NCBI GenBank assembly: GCA_964522205.1
Contig: CAZFTG010000001.1
Coordinates: forward strand, 49,854 to 113,853
Length of the DNA: 64,000 nt
Source of the DNA: an uncultured Thermoproteales archaeon
GTDB taxonomy: Archaea; Thermoproteota; Thermoprotei; Thermofilales; B20-G17
Direction of reading: 5' to 3'
Both the position numbers and the translations under genes were made by a program. Positions 46,907 through 56,755 of the stretch are shown here, in pieces (the first letter of the stretch is position 1; every line of letters begins with the position of its first letter). The notes under the pieces are model-generated. The model made no database searches. It was not told where the DNA came from and saw only the letters and a list, made by a program, of their open reading frames with translations.

Positions 46907-46998
46907 GCCCCGGTGGTGTAGCCCGGCAAGCATAGGCCTGTGTGGGGTGCAACGGCCTCTCGAGCCGCAGATCCCGGGTTCAAATCCCGGCCGGGGCA
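46907..46998 (+). tRNA. tRNA-Glu (CUC) with ~17-nt intron at a non-canonical position (5' side of the anticodon stem)
   Basis: GCCCCGG TG GTGT AGCCCGGCAAGCAT A G[GCCTGTGTGGGGTGCAA]CGGC CTCTCGA GCCGC AGATC CCGGG TTCAAAT CCCGG CCGGGGC A. Removing ~17 nt restores a 5-bp anticodon stem (GCGGC/GCCGC). The exact exon borders are ambiguous by 1-2 nt. Confidence 0.85.
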
Positions 46999-47093
46999 CT
47001 ACTTCCTATGGTGTTCTACTCTATAGATTGATAAATTACTCTAGTAAACTATTAAATTGATTATTCTTAGTACAAGGTTTATACATTCATTCG

Positions 47094-48413
47094 CTAATTA
47101 TGCGTCTCTGTATCTTTATGCACTCTACTGCCTTGCTTGCGTAGGAAATAGCCTATAACCACTCCAATAAAGAGGAGAAGGATTGGGAGTACAAATGTTA
47201 AATTCCTGTAGAGTATAACTTCACTATTAAGCCTAGTAATCTCGCTATTCGCTTCTTCGAGTTCATTACTTAATCTAGTCACCTCACTTTTAGTCTCTTC
47301 TAGTAGGCTTTCCAGCTCTTTGGTTTTATTGTGTGCTTCCTTAAGTTTTCTTTCCAACTCCTCGGCTCGCTCATTTGCTTTTTTAAGATTCTTTTCAAGC
47401 TCTTCTATTCTTGATTTTGCAGCTTCAAGTTCTCTAGTTAGCTCTTCTACTTCTTGTTTTAATCTCTGCTCTTCCTCACTTACTAATTTAAACATAGGTG
47501 GGCGTTCAGTCTCCGCATATGATAAGGTTTCAGTACCTGGGAAGGTGGCCTTGAACATGAGCCATCCACTCACTGTCGTATTGAGATCTATCCTGAAGCA
47601 CCCTTCTTTATCTGTAGTTGTATTACACATGAGCAACCATGTTTTGCCACCATCTAGACTGACGTAGATAAAGACTGTAACATAAGCTACTGGAGGGTTA
47701 ATGCTACCAGTAATAGTGAACTGTCTGGGTCCTGCAGGTAGGACGGAGATTTCGATTATTGCTAGTTGTTTTACGCGAAGTTCTATAGTATTGCTTCTAG
47801 AAGACTTATACTTCTCATTTCCTGCGAATATAGCATATATCTTCCATACGCCTATAGTATCTACTCGAAATTCATATGAGAATGAGCCATTTTTCATTGT
47901 TTGTATACTCGTCTTTAGTTTAGTTCCATTAGGACTAGTGATTACTATATCGATATTGACCTTCATAGCGGGTTTTATCGTCCCATATACCTCGACCAGA
48001 TCACCTACAATGTACTCGTCCTTTGGAGTTTGTAGAGTAAGTGTTGTCTTTTCTTTAGGAGGAGGGGGTGGTGGAGAAGGTTTCTTAAGGTGTACGTCGA
48101 TTTGAACGACACCTTCAACACCAGACTTAGATGCCGATCCTTTGTACTCGCCTTTCTTTGCTGTAACCTTTACGGTTACTGGGACAGATGCGACTGTTAA
48201 ATCGACCTTGTATTTGCCACTAGAGTCTGTCGTTGTAGACTTGCTAATCCCTCCCGCTACTACCGTGACTGAGGCTCCAACAGCTTTCGATCCATCTGGC
48301 ATGTATACGTAGCCCCATACAGTTATAGGAACCTGAGCACTAATCTGCTCTACACATACTATCAAGATGCCTAAGATCATGATTGTTTCTACTAAAAGAA
48401 GTCTTTTTCTCAT
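47094..48413 (-). CDS. Surface protein: signal peptide, CarboxypepD_reg-like + Ig-like domains, coiled-coil stalk, C-terminal TM anchor
   Basis: 439 aa. VWGYVYMPDGSKAVGASVTVVAGG is a carboxypeptidase-regulatory-like fold motif. There is a PSPPPPPPKE linker and ~90 aa of heptad-rich sequence (EEEQRLKQEVEELTRELEAAKSRIEELEKNLKKANERAEELERKLKEA...). A TM helix (LTFVLPILLLFIGVVIGYFL) follows. The start overlaps the stop of the upstream 1184-aa gene by 4 nt. Confidence 0.65.
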   Translation of the reverse strand: MRKRLLLVETIMILGILIVCVEQISAQVPITVWGYVYMPDGSKAVGASVTVVAGGISKSTTTDSSGKYKVDLTVASVPVTVKVTAKKGEYKGSASKSGVEGVVQIDVHLKKPSPPPPPPKEKTTLTLQTPKDEYIVGDLVEVYGTIKPAMKVNIDIVITSPNGTKLKTSIQTMKNGSFSYEFRVDTIGVWKIYAIFAGNEKYKSSRSNTIELRVKQLAIIEISVLPAGPRQFTITGSINPPVAYVTVFIYVSLDGGKTWLLMCNTTTDKEGCFRIDLNTTVSGWLMFKATFPGTETLSYAETERPPMFKLVSEEEQRLKQEVEELTRELEAAKSRIEELEKNLKKANERAEELERKLKEAHNKTKELESLLEETKSEVTRLSNELEEANSEITRLNSEVILYRNLTFVLPILLLFIGVVIGYFLRKQGSRVHKDTETHN

Positions 48414-51400
48414 AGCCCCACCTCTACCATTCTGGCTGAATTACTCAAGTATACGAAGTACCCGTACCCGGGTTCTATGGGAAAGTCTTCTTCAGGATCA
48501 CTTACACCCGGTACATACCCTTCAAACTCTTGTTTGTCTGTACGCCATCTCCACACCCCCTTTAAACTCGATCCTATAGCTCTTGCTAAATCGGATGCTT
48601 TAAGTTGTTTTAGGGGTTTTAGGGTTAGTGATATCAGGTTATACCTTGCCTGTAGCTCCCTAATCATTAGCTTATACGTTATCCAATCGGACTCAAAGCC
48701 ACCTTCAGCATGAGCTTTCACATACAAAGTATGTTCTCCGGTAGAGTACAGGTCTGTGTTTAACTCTATGTGTACGCTTTCTGTACTCTCATCGTAGGCC
48801 CCATCAATGGGATTAGTAATGTTAACTAGATTTTCACAGTCTACACAGTACTGAACCATAGTTATTATCAATCCAACGTTACTTGATATCGTAAGGTTAA
48901 GTGATACTTTACCTTCAGTAATATCCACATCCTCTACTGTAATAGTAAATGCAGTCTGCAATCTCTCGACTTCGAATGTAGTCTCCTCATAAATAGTAGT
49001 ATAACTAGGTATATCAGCACATACTTCAACATTATACTGACCCAATGGTGCTGTTGCAGGAATTTCATATAGCGCTGTATAATTGCCATCTCCAGCAGTA
49101 TCATCTCCATTACTTCCATCATCTACCATTTGAAGTCTTTTAGCTAAAGTGCCATTGGGATAATGTATGTCTACAGCAACAGGTATTCCTGTTAGTGGTT
49201 TACTCCCATTCATAAGACTAGCTATAATCTTAACTGTCGATCCTAAAGTGTAAGTGTGTTTATCTGTATGTACCTTTAGGACATAGGATGTAGTGAGCCA
49301 TCTTATCGAATTTTCAATAAGAGTATTTCTATCAGTAGATGCTAAATAGTGTAGTGGAAAGGCTACATATATTACTCTTCCTCCAGAACCCCGGTATAAA
49401 CCATCATATACGATTATAGCTGAATAATTAGTATCGATATACTGTGCAACCTCAATCCCTCCATTAACGGGCTTTACACCATCCGGATAGGGTGGCTGTA
49501 CCTCGAACAGTGTCTTTGAGAGATTAAAGATTACGGGATGTTTAGCTGTAGCCCTAATACCACTTGCATTAGTATCATCTATCGAGAATATAGCATGTGC
49601 AACTTTCCTCATAAGGTCATCGTCTTGATGTTCAAGACCTATATCCTCACCCTCTAGTAGGAGTCTACCTCCATTTTCGATAAACTCTATAAGTGTCTGT
49701 GCATCTAGCTCATCTACTGCGTACTTCCAGTAAGTACCCACATGCCATACAACTGCTGTTACATTCTCATCGAGAAGAACTTTTAGAGATGGTCTACCAA
49801 GCCCACTCTCATTCCATACGTAAACATTAAAGCCGAGTGACTCTATAACGCTTTTTATCTCATCAGGCCAAACTCCTCTATCAACATAGCACTCACCATC
49901 ATCATCAACTACGATAAGAGTAGTATTAGGTGGGAACTTTGGTGGTGAGTGCAGAGTAACATTAACTTCGAGCACAACTCGAGGATAATAAAGATCAATA
50001 CTCTTATTAGTATATCCTTCTGCACGGATTTCCATTCTATATGTTCCATAGCTTATGTTCACAAATTCATAGTAACCATTTAACGCATTATATGAGTATA
50101 GAAGCGCTCCAGTATCATAATCGTAGAGCTCGACAGTGGCATTTTGTATGAGCCTTCCCCTATCATCGAGTATATACCCGCACAATTTTGGTATAGGCGG
50201 TGGTGGAGGAGGATCACCTATACCCGTTAAAGCTAGGGATGGATCTCCTAGAAGTGTACCATACTCGACAATCGTGAACCAATCATATAGATAACTTCGA
50301 CCGTGAGCTGATAAGTACTCTATTATTGTTAATACATGCATAGTACCAGGAGTAGGTATAGATCCTTGATTCTCGATTTCTTTAAACGCAGCTAGGAACC
50401 GCCAGTCTACCTCACCTGCCAGACCGTATGTTATCCAGTAACCAGTATATGCGACAGCTATCTCTGTAGCACCTAGGTATGCAATACCTCCACCGTTATG
50501 TAATAGAAAGGCCTCTCCGATACAGATATCAGTATCTCCATAGTCTCCTGTCAAGCACGCCATGGTTGCTATTACCGAGGTATTGTACCCATTCATCAGG
50601 CTATATACATCGTTCGTTGTGAAGACTCCACCTTCGCCAAAGGACCATACGTTTTCTCCACCATGTCCTGCAAAATTCACGAATCCGTATGACTTATTCA
50701 TCTCAGCTTTAACGAGATCAGGAGTTAGGTTATTTAGTCCTTCATATAATTTCTTCCAGTAGAAATCTGCGGAGAGATTGTAGGTCTCTATGAAATCCTT
50801 TATAATCTCACCCTCAGGATAGAGTTCATTTTCAAAAGTAATGGTTCCTAGTAATAAAATACGTCTAAACCATTCATTATAGGGAGTGTAGTTTAAAAGT
50901 TTATTCACAATTGCATATGCTTCGATTAAATTGCTTGCAGGTAATCTACCTATTATGACATCTGGATAGCCATCGATATCGTCTTCAATCTCACCATAGT
51001 AATCATCATTATCTGTATCCCATGTACCATCGAGGTCAGCATAATAAAGATCTGTCTCCGTTAGATTGTTAGGATTTCGAGGAGAAAAGAATAGTTGAGA
51101 AAAATACACCCACCTGACGGGTACAACATCAGCATCTCCTAGGATTATTACGAATGTAGTACCGTAGTTGTTTACTGTATAATTAATAAAGTTCCTGATC
51201 TTCTCTGGAGGATCTTTGCCAGGATAATTAGATGTTATCCACTCTACTGTGTATACCTTGGCTTTAAAACCAGTATTATTCTTCCAGTGAGCTAGGTCAG
51301 TTGCAGCAGGCTTCAGTTCTTCTGATGTTATTACGATCAGATCAATGGTCTGTGTGGGATAGTGACCGTTTTTAGGAATCTCATACTCTACACTTATATC

Positions 51401-51964
51401 TATACGTCTAGTATAGAGAATTCTCTTCTCTTGCGGAATGAACTGTACTGGAAAAATTCTAATCACAAGATATACTACTCTGGTTAGGGTTATAGGGTCA
51501 ATGCCCCTCTTAACTTCATACTCTACATTCTTCTCCGGATAGGGCTCTCTCGATCTATATATTTCTGGATTTTCGATATACTCACTAGTCCTAGGCGGCT
51601 GTAATGGTTTCGGTTTTGGAGCCGGAAGCAGTACGTACCTACCATTTATCTCCATAGTATCCGTGTCTACATCTATATTTTTGATTATACTACCGTAGGG
51701 TAGTTTAAGTGTTACAACCTTCACCGGAACTATAGGCGCACCTGGGACCAGATGAGGTCTGGTTCCCGGAACTTTTATAAGAACATATCCTTTTATAGGA
51801 GCTTCAAGTATTTGTGGCATCTTAAACGTGATAGTCAGGTGAGTATTTCCATTTTCTTCTTCTAAGCTTCCAAGTATTGGACAGAACACTGTAATCAAAA
51901 TTAAAGTAATTATAAGGACTAGAGGTAAGTAAGTCAGTTTTTTCGTAACTAGAATTCTAATCAT
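48410..51964 (-). CDS. Large secreted multidomain protein with peptidase C25 (gingipain-like) domain
   Basis: 1184 aa with an N-terminal anchor/signal. The C25-like core contains FVIILGDADVVPVRW, TDLYYADLDG, YPDVIIGRLPA, a His motif NFAGHGGENVW and a Cys motif ATMACLTGDYG. Beyond that lie a PPPPPP linker, a CarboxypepD_reg-like domain (CGYILDDRGRLIQNATVELYD), a GATase1-like region, Ig-like domains and a distinct C-terminal ~90-aa domain. Confidence 0.7.
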   Translation of the reverse strand: MIRILVTKKLTYLPLVLIITLILITVFCPILGSLEEENGNTHLTITFKMPQILEAPIKGYVLIKVPGTRPHLVPGAPIVPVKVVTLKLPYGSIIKNIDVDTDTMEINGRYVLLPAPKPKPLQPPRTSEYIENPEIYRSREPYPEKNVEYEVKRGIDPITLTRVVYLVIRIFPVQFIPQEKRILYTRRIDISVEYEIPKNGHYPTQTIDLIVITSEELKPAATDLAHWKNNTGFKAKVYTVEWITSNYPGKDPPEKIRNFINYTVNNYGTTFVIILGDADVVPVRWVYFSQLFFSPRNPNNLTETDLYYADLDGTWDTDNDDYYGEIEDDIDGYPDVIIGRLPASNLIEAYAIVNKLLNYTPYNEWFRRILLLGTITFENELYPEGEIIKDFIETYNLSADFYWKKLYEGLNNLTPDLVKAEMNKSYGFVNFAGHGGENVWSFGEGGVFTTNDVYSLMNGYNTSVIATMACLTGDYGDTDICIGEAFLLHNGGGIAYLGATEIAVAYTGYWITYGLAGEVDWRFLAAFKEIENQGSIPTPGTMHVLTIIEYLSAHGRSYLYDWFTIVEYGTLLGDPSLALTGIGDPPPPPPIPKLCGYILDDRGRLIQNATVELYDYDTGALLYSYNALNGYYEFVNISYGTYRMEIRAEGYTNKSIDLYYPRVVLEVNVTLHSPPKFPPNTTLIVVDDDGECYVDRGVWPDEIKSVIESLGFNVYVWNESGLGRPSLKVLLDENVTAVVWHVGTYWKYAVDELDAQTLIEFIENGGRLLLEGEDIGLEHQDDDLMRKVAHAIFSIDDTNASGIRATAKHPVIFNLSKTLFEVQPPYPDGVKPVNGGIEVAQYIDTNYSAIIVYDGLYRGSGGRVIYVAFPLHYLASTDRNTLIENSIRWLTTSYVLKVHTDKHTYTLGSTVKIIASLMNGSKPLTGIPVAVDIHYPNGTLAKRLQMVDDGSNGDDTAGDGNYTALYEIPATAPLGQYNVEVCADIPSYTTIYEETTFEVERLQTAFTITVEDVDITEGKVSLNLTISSNVGLIITMVQYCVDCENLVNITNPIDGAYDESTESVHIELNTDLYSTGEHTLYVKAHAEGGFESDWITYKLMIRELQARYNLISLTLKPLKQLKASDLARAIGSSLKGVWRWRTDKQEFEGYVPGVSDPEEDFPIEPGYGYFVYLSNSARMVEVGL

Positions 51965-52221
51965 ATGAATATGCTAAGTAAGTATCTGATAAATATTACG
52001 CTAATAAATGTTTATAATTAAACTAGGTTGTTGATTCTATGAAGATAAGTACGATTAGATAATACCTTAAAGAGTCTAGAGGTTCTCCTTTCGAAGAAAC
52101 TAATCGATACAATAAACCAGCTCAAATTATTAAGTCCCTCTTAACTATGATAATGTTATTAGTTAAATGCTCATTTTACTGTATGAAGATAAGTGTTTTA
52201 ACTATCTAAGTCCCTATATAC

Positions 52222-52653
52222 GTGATGAACGGGAAGAGAGATCTTGAGGAGGACATAATTCTTAGAAAAACCATGTGGAGGCTAATGAGGAGGAGTACCA
52301 CAAAACTTAAGCTCCCTCCTCCAGGTGTTGTAGAGCTATCAGCTGACGAACTGGAAAGGGCTTTGAATACTTATAAAATAGTAGTAGTGGATCTCTACAC
52401 ATCCTGGTGTCCTCCTTGCCAAGTGTATAAGGGAATATTCGAACAAGTAGCTCGTGATAATAAAGGCATAGCCCTCTTCTCTAGGGTTAACCTGGATGAA
52501 AATCCAGAAGTAGCTGTTAAGTATGATGTTACTAGTGTACCTACTACTCTTATATTTGTAGGAGGAAAACTCGTTAGAAAACTCATAGGTTTACTACCTA
52601 GACACGTACTGAATAGAGAGTTAAGGAATGTGATAGGTTATACTAGAAGATGA
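52222..52653 (+). CDS. Thioredoxin
   Basis: The WCPPC active site lies in VVVDLYTSWCPPCQVY, with the thioredoxin fold pattern (VPTTLIFVGGKLV). An ~45-aa N-terminal extension is present. The start may be ATG 52225. Confidence 0.8.
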   Translation: MMNGKRDLEEDIILRKTMWRLMRRSTTKLKLPPPGVVELSADELERALNTYKIVVVDLYTSWCPPCQVYKGIFEQVARDNKGIALFSRVNLDENPEVAVKYDVTSVPTTLIFVGGKLVRKLIGLLPRHVLNRELRNVIGYTRR

Positions 52654-52846
52654 ATATGGGAGGATATTCTAGAAAGCTGTTATGAGTGATATGGATAGAG
52701 TGTTCTCTTTAGGATTTTAGTAGAAATTACCTAAAGATCTCATTAATTATTGCGAACAATCCCATCTACTGTTAGTAAGAACCTGGGGTTTTAGGATATC
52801 ACTCGAAGTGAGATTTAAGTGAGTATAAGTCAGCTTCTCAATTTTC

Positions 52847-53062
52847 CTAGCTACAATGCGTAAATGTCCGCCGAAGCATAGCCCCCTTTGGATCGGGTGT
52901 GTACTTGAAGTAATCTTGAATTCTTTCGATTATAAATGGAAGAGCCTTATTAAAGTCATCCTCGATCGATCTGAATAGTTCTTCTAACTCTCTCTTCATT
53001 TGAAGTACGGTATCACTTAAGGCATGCTCTCCTGTGTAACTCTCGTAATTCATTCTACTCAT
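52847..53062 (-). CDS. Hypothetical small protein
   Basis: 71-aa ORF with no motif. Weak support only. Confidence 0.3.
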   Translation of the reverse strand: MSRMNYESYTGEHALSDTVLQMKRELEELFRSIEDDFNKALPFIIERIQDYFKYTPDPKGAMLRRTFTHCS

Positions 53063-53126
53063 AGCCCTTATTCCATGCTACATTTCAATTTATAATTTGT
53101 TACACTATTAGATTAGTGGGAGTAAC

Positions 53127-54608
53127 TTGAAGTACCTAATCGGCTTAGACCTAGGAACGAGTAGTTGCAAAGCCATTGCGATAGACTTAAATGGAAATAT
53201 CGTAGCTGAAGCTAGCGAGAGTTACGGGTTAAAGATTCGTGGAGAATATATCGAACAGAGTCCTGAAGATTGGTGGGCTTCAACAATTAACTGTCTTTTA
53301 AAGATTATAAGACATTTGAGATCTGGCATTGTGGCAATAGGAATTTCAAGTCAAGCTAATACATTACTTACTGTTAACAAGGATAACATACCATTAATGG
53401 ACGCGATCTCATGGTTAGACCAGAGAAGTAGAGAGGAACTCCATGAGATTACCCAAACTATAGGGTATGAGAATATTCATAACAGTACTGGTATGATACC
53501 CAATGCTGGATTTACAACACCCAAAGTACTGTGGTTGAGAAGAAGACGAAAGCAACTATTTTCGAGGTCAACTAAACTGCTCTTCTCCCCTCAGAGCTAC
53601 ATAGTCTCTAAGCTGACTGGAAGATACGTAGTGGATAGAACCTTAGCATCGTTTAGTATGCTGTATAATATTAGAAAAGGGCGCTGGTGGAGTGATATGA
53701 TAGAGCTACTGGAATTAGATGAGGATATGTTACCAGAGGTGGTTGAGTCACACCAAGAGATAGGAGAATTGAAGAGCGATATTTCAAAAAGATTAGGTTT
53801 AGAGTATCCTGTCAGTATAGTAATAGGAGCCCATGACCAATGTTGTGCCGCATTAGGCGCAGGACTTACAGATGCTAGTACGATAGTGGACTCTACGGGT
53901 ACTGCTAGTGCTATTGTGAGTATGATAGAGAAATTACCCTCTAAGATCCCTAAAGATCTACTATGTTACCACTATGTAATTCCAAATTCATGGACAATCC
54001 TAGGAACTATTTCCGCATCTGGAGCACTAATAGACTGGTTTCTTAAGCTTATGGGACTAACTAAATCTTATAAGAGTATAGAGAAGCTAGCGGAAAAAAT
54101 AGGTATAGGTTCTAATGGTATTACAGTCCTACCCTACTTCTCCGGTGGTTTTAGGTCTAATGTTCCATGGAGATCTCGAGGAGCCATCATAGGCCTTACA
54201 CTAGTCCATGAAGCACAACATATATATAGAGCCATAATGGAGTCCCTAGCCTTTGAATGCAAGTATTTCCTAGACACTATTAGATCCCTTAATCCTTCTG
54301 TAAAAAGAGTAGTATTAGTAGGCGGAGGTACGAAGAGTAGATTATGGATGAGAATTAAAACAAATGTCTACAATTTAAAAGTCCTAGTACCAACTGTAAC
54401 TGACACAGCTCCATTAGGTGCGGCTATTATAGCAGGCGTAGGTACTGGTATCTTTAAAGATTATCATAGTGCTACATCTAAGCTTATCCAATTTAGAGAA
54501 AGCATTACCCCTAATGAGAACTATGTCAAGGCCTACGAGGGGCTCTATAGGAGGTATATGGCTCTTTCTACAGAGCTCAGTAATGTACTAAACTCTATGA
54601 CTATGTAA
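53127..54608 (+). CDS. FGGY-family carbohydrate kinase (xylulokinase/glycerol-kinase-like)
   Basis: YLIGLDLGTSSCKAIAIDLNG (the N-terminal ATPase motif) and the C-terminal VVLVGGGTKSRLWMRIKTNV and GAAIIAGVGTG are present. TTG start per the ORF track. Confidence 0.85.
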   Translation: MKYLIGLDLGTSSCKAIAIDLNGNIVAEASESYGLKIRGEYIEQSPEDWWASTINCLLKIIRHLRSGIVAIGISSQANTLLTVNKDNIPLMDAISWLDQRSREELHEITQTIGYENIHNSTGMIPNAGFTTPKVLWLRRRRKQLFSRSTKLLFSPQSYIVSKLTGRYVVDRTLASFSMLYNIRKGRWWSDMIELLELDEDMLPEVVESHQEIGELKSDISKRLGLEYPVSIVIGAHDQCCAALGAGLTDASTIVDSTGTASAIVSMIEKLPSKIPKDLLCYHYVIPNSWTILGTISASGALIDWFLKLMGLTKSYKSIEKLAEKIGIGSNGITVLPYFSGGFRSNVPWRSRGAIIGLTLVHEAQHIYRAIMESLAFECKYFLDTIRSLNPSVKRVVLVGGGTKSRLWMRIKTNVYNLKVLVPTVTDTAPLGAAIIAGVGTGIFKDYHSATSKLIQFRESITPNENYVKAYEGLYRRYMALSTELSNVLNSMTM

Positions 54609-55929
54609 TTACACATCCTATTTCCAGTAAATCACATACGTCTCTTAGGAGCTGCCTTAAATCGCCGTAGGCTAGAGCATAGTGCTGACTTTTGATGTTT
54701 TCTATGAACATTCTCACATCTCCATATAGTTCTATCTCAGCTGCAGGAAAGAGTCCCTGTCTGAGCTTAGTATCTACTATTTCTCCTCTAGCTATATGCA
54801 TTTCATACCTCCCTTTACCATGTCCTAGTCTAGCTAGTGTAACTTCTCCCTTTTTTAGAACTATACCACTTCTCAGACCCTCGAAGAAGAATTTATGCTT
54901 TCCTATACCCATAGTGAATGAGCTGGCCAGCGATAAGGGGGCGAAGCCACAGCTGGATAGGTAAACTCTATTCTCCCTTATATCGATAATATCGCCGTAG
55001 AATATAGGCTGTAGTGTTAGATAGTGAAGTAACATCATAGTGATAGTAAGAGGGATATCCCCTTCACATGAACATACCACTCCTTCATCTGCCAGTATAG
55101 AAAGGGGTACACACGGTACGAATCCTAGTTCCTTAGAGAATTCATACTGACACTTTATACTTATAGCCTCAAGATGGTGCTCTTCAATGAGTTTTTTAAG
55201 TGCTAAGTACATTTTCGCTGCTATAATTAAATCTCTTTGATGGACATCCTCTTCAATAAAGTATCTATTCTTCCAGGATTTGCACACTTCTAGTGCATTA
55301 CTGTCCTCTATTCTAGCCATCTCTCCGAATATTGTTGAAGAATCTATATGAAATATTTCAAGTCCTAACTTCTTTCTTATAAATATATGATCAAATGTAG
55401 CTGTATACATTCCCATGGAGGCATATCCTACTAGTCCTATTCTAGAATTACGGATCTTATGGACAACATTAGATACCATACAGTACCTATAGACCTCTTC
55501 TATTACAGACTCCTCAGTAGGTAATCCTACTATAAACTTGATTTTATAGCCCATAGCCTCTAGACTACCCTTAAGAACGCAGGCCCCCGGAAGAGACCCC
55601 GTACTCTCTCTTCTTCCCTTTTCATAGTACATTCTAAGTCCCCATACTATTAATGGTATGCGCGGTAGTGCCATGACTATGTCCACAGCTTTTGGAGCTT
55701 CTATCCAAGTGGACACGAATAGTATGACAACATCAGGATCATGATGTACTATCTCCTTAACCACTTCATCCACTTTAGATAGCTCATTTACACCCTCTGT
55801 AGTAAGCACGTCAAGGCCTTTATCCTCAAGCTTTCTAGCGGCTAGTTTAGCAAATTTCATACCCATATTAGAGGGATAGTCTGTATGATAGAGAGGGACT
55901 AATGCAACCCTATAGCTCACCCTGATCAC
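54601..55929 (-). CDS. L-fucose/L-arabinose isomerase-family sugar isomerase
   Basis: 442 aa. An N-terminal flavodoxin-like part is followed by IKCQYEF...VPCVPLSILADEGVVCSCEGDIPLTITMMLLHYLT...YLSSCGF, matching the FucI/AraA-superfamily core pattern (C...s.l...G...acEgD). Confidence 0.6.
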   Translation of the reverse strand: MIRVSYRVALVPLYHTDYPSNMGMKFAKLAARKLEDKGLDVLTTEGVNELSKVDEVVKEIVHHDPDVVILFVSTWIEAPKAVDIVMALPRIPLIVWGLRMYYEKGRRESTGSLPGACVLKGSLEAMGYKIKFIVGLPTEESVIEEVYRYCMVSNVVHKIRNSRIGLVGYASMGMYTATFDHIFIRKKLGLEIFHIDSSTIFGEMARIEDSNALEVCKSWKNRYFIEEDVHQRDLIIAAKMYLALKKLIEEHHLEAISIKCQYEFSKELGFVPCVPLSILADEGVVCSCEGDIPLTITMMLLHYLTLQPIFYGDIIDIRENRVYLSSCGFAPLSLASSFTMGIGKHKFFFEGLRSGIVLKKGEVTLARLGHGKGRYEMHIARGEIVDTKLRQGLFPAAEIELYGDVRMFIENIKSQHYALAYGDLRQLLRDVCDLLEIGCVIT

Positions 55930-56701
55930 CTCTTAATACTTCAATCGCCTTATCGAACTCTGCATCTCTTCTAACAATCTCTATTATAGCTTTTAGAACA
56001 CGCTCAGGATTCTTATGTTGAAAGACATTTCTCCCAATACATACGCCACTTGCTCCCTCATCCATAGCTCTTCTAACCATCTTGAGGACTTTTAAAGTAT
56101 CCATTTTCTCACCACCAGCTATGAGTATAGGTACTGGACAGGTACTCACGACCTCTCTAAAGGGATCTACGAATACGGTCTTTATGACATCTGCACCTAA
56201 CTCAGCTCCTATCCTAGCTGAAAGCTTTACACTCTCAAGTGCGATCCCTATCCTAGAGCTTGGGATAAACTCACCTATTACAGGGATACCCCAATAATCG
56301 CTCTCATCTACTAATATTCCGAATAACCTTATTGCTTCATTATAATCATCTCCTCCCACGTATACTGTAAATGCAACTCCATCAGCACCAAGAACTACAG
56401 CCTCCTCTACCGATGATACTAATGTTTCAAATTCCTTGCCTCCTGCTAACATACCAGACACCCTAAGAACTATTCCCACCTTCCTAGAGCTTTTAGCTAT
56501 CTTCTCCGCATATAACTTCAATACACCTTTATTCACAAGTATAGAGTCCACTCCACTTTTAATGGCAATCTCTAGAATATTCCATATAGACTCTATACCT
56601 TTAATAGGTCCCATGTAGGCTCCATGATCTACAGGAAGCACTACACTCCTTCCAGTGGAACCTAGTATCCTACTTAGACGTATACTTTTTCCCCAGCTCA
56701 T
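55910..56701 (-). CDS. Class I aldolase, DhnA/FbaB/LsrF family
   Basis: VVLPVDHGAYMGP..., ADGVAFTVYVGG, GADVIKTVF (the Schiff-base Lys region) and VPILIAGGEK...GASGVCIGRNVFQ together give the DeoC/FbaB-type TIM-barrel aldolase signature. Confidence 0.75.
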   Translation of the reverse strand: MSWGKSIRLSRILGSTGRSVVLPVDHGAYMGPIKGIESIWNILEIAIKSGVDSILVNKGVLKLYAEKIAKSSRKVGIVLRVSGMLAGGKEFETLVSSVEEAVVLGADGVAFTVYVGGDDYNEAIRLFGILVDESDYWGIPVIGEFIPSSRIGIALESVKLSARIGAELGADVIKTVFVDPFREVVSTCPVPILIAGGEKMDTLKVLKMVRRAMDEGASGVCIGRNVFQHKNPERVLKAIIEIVRRDAEFDKAIEVLRGDQGEL

Positions 56702-56755
56702 GTAGTTTAAAAAACAGTCGAGGTATTTATTAGTAAGGGCAGATCCGGTGAGAAA

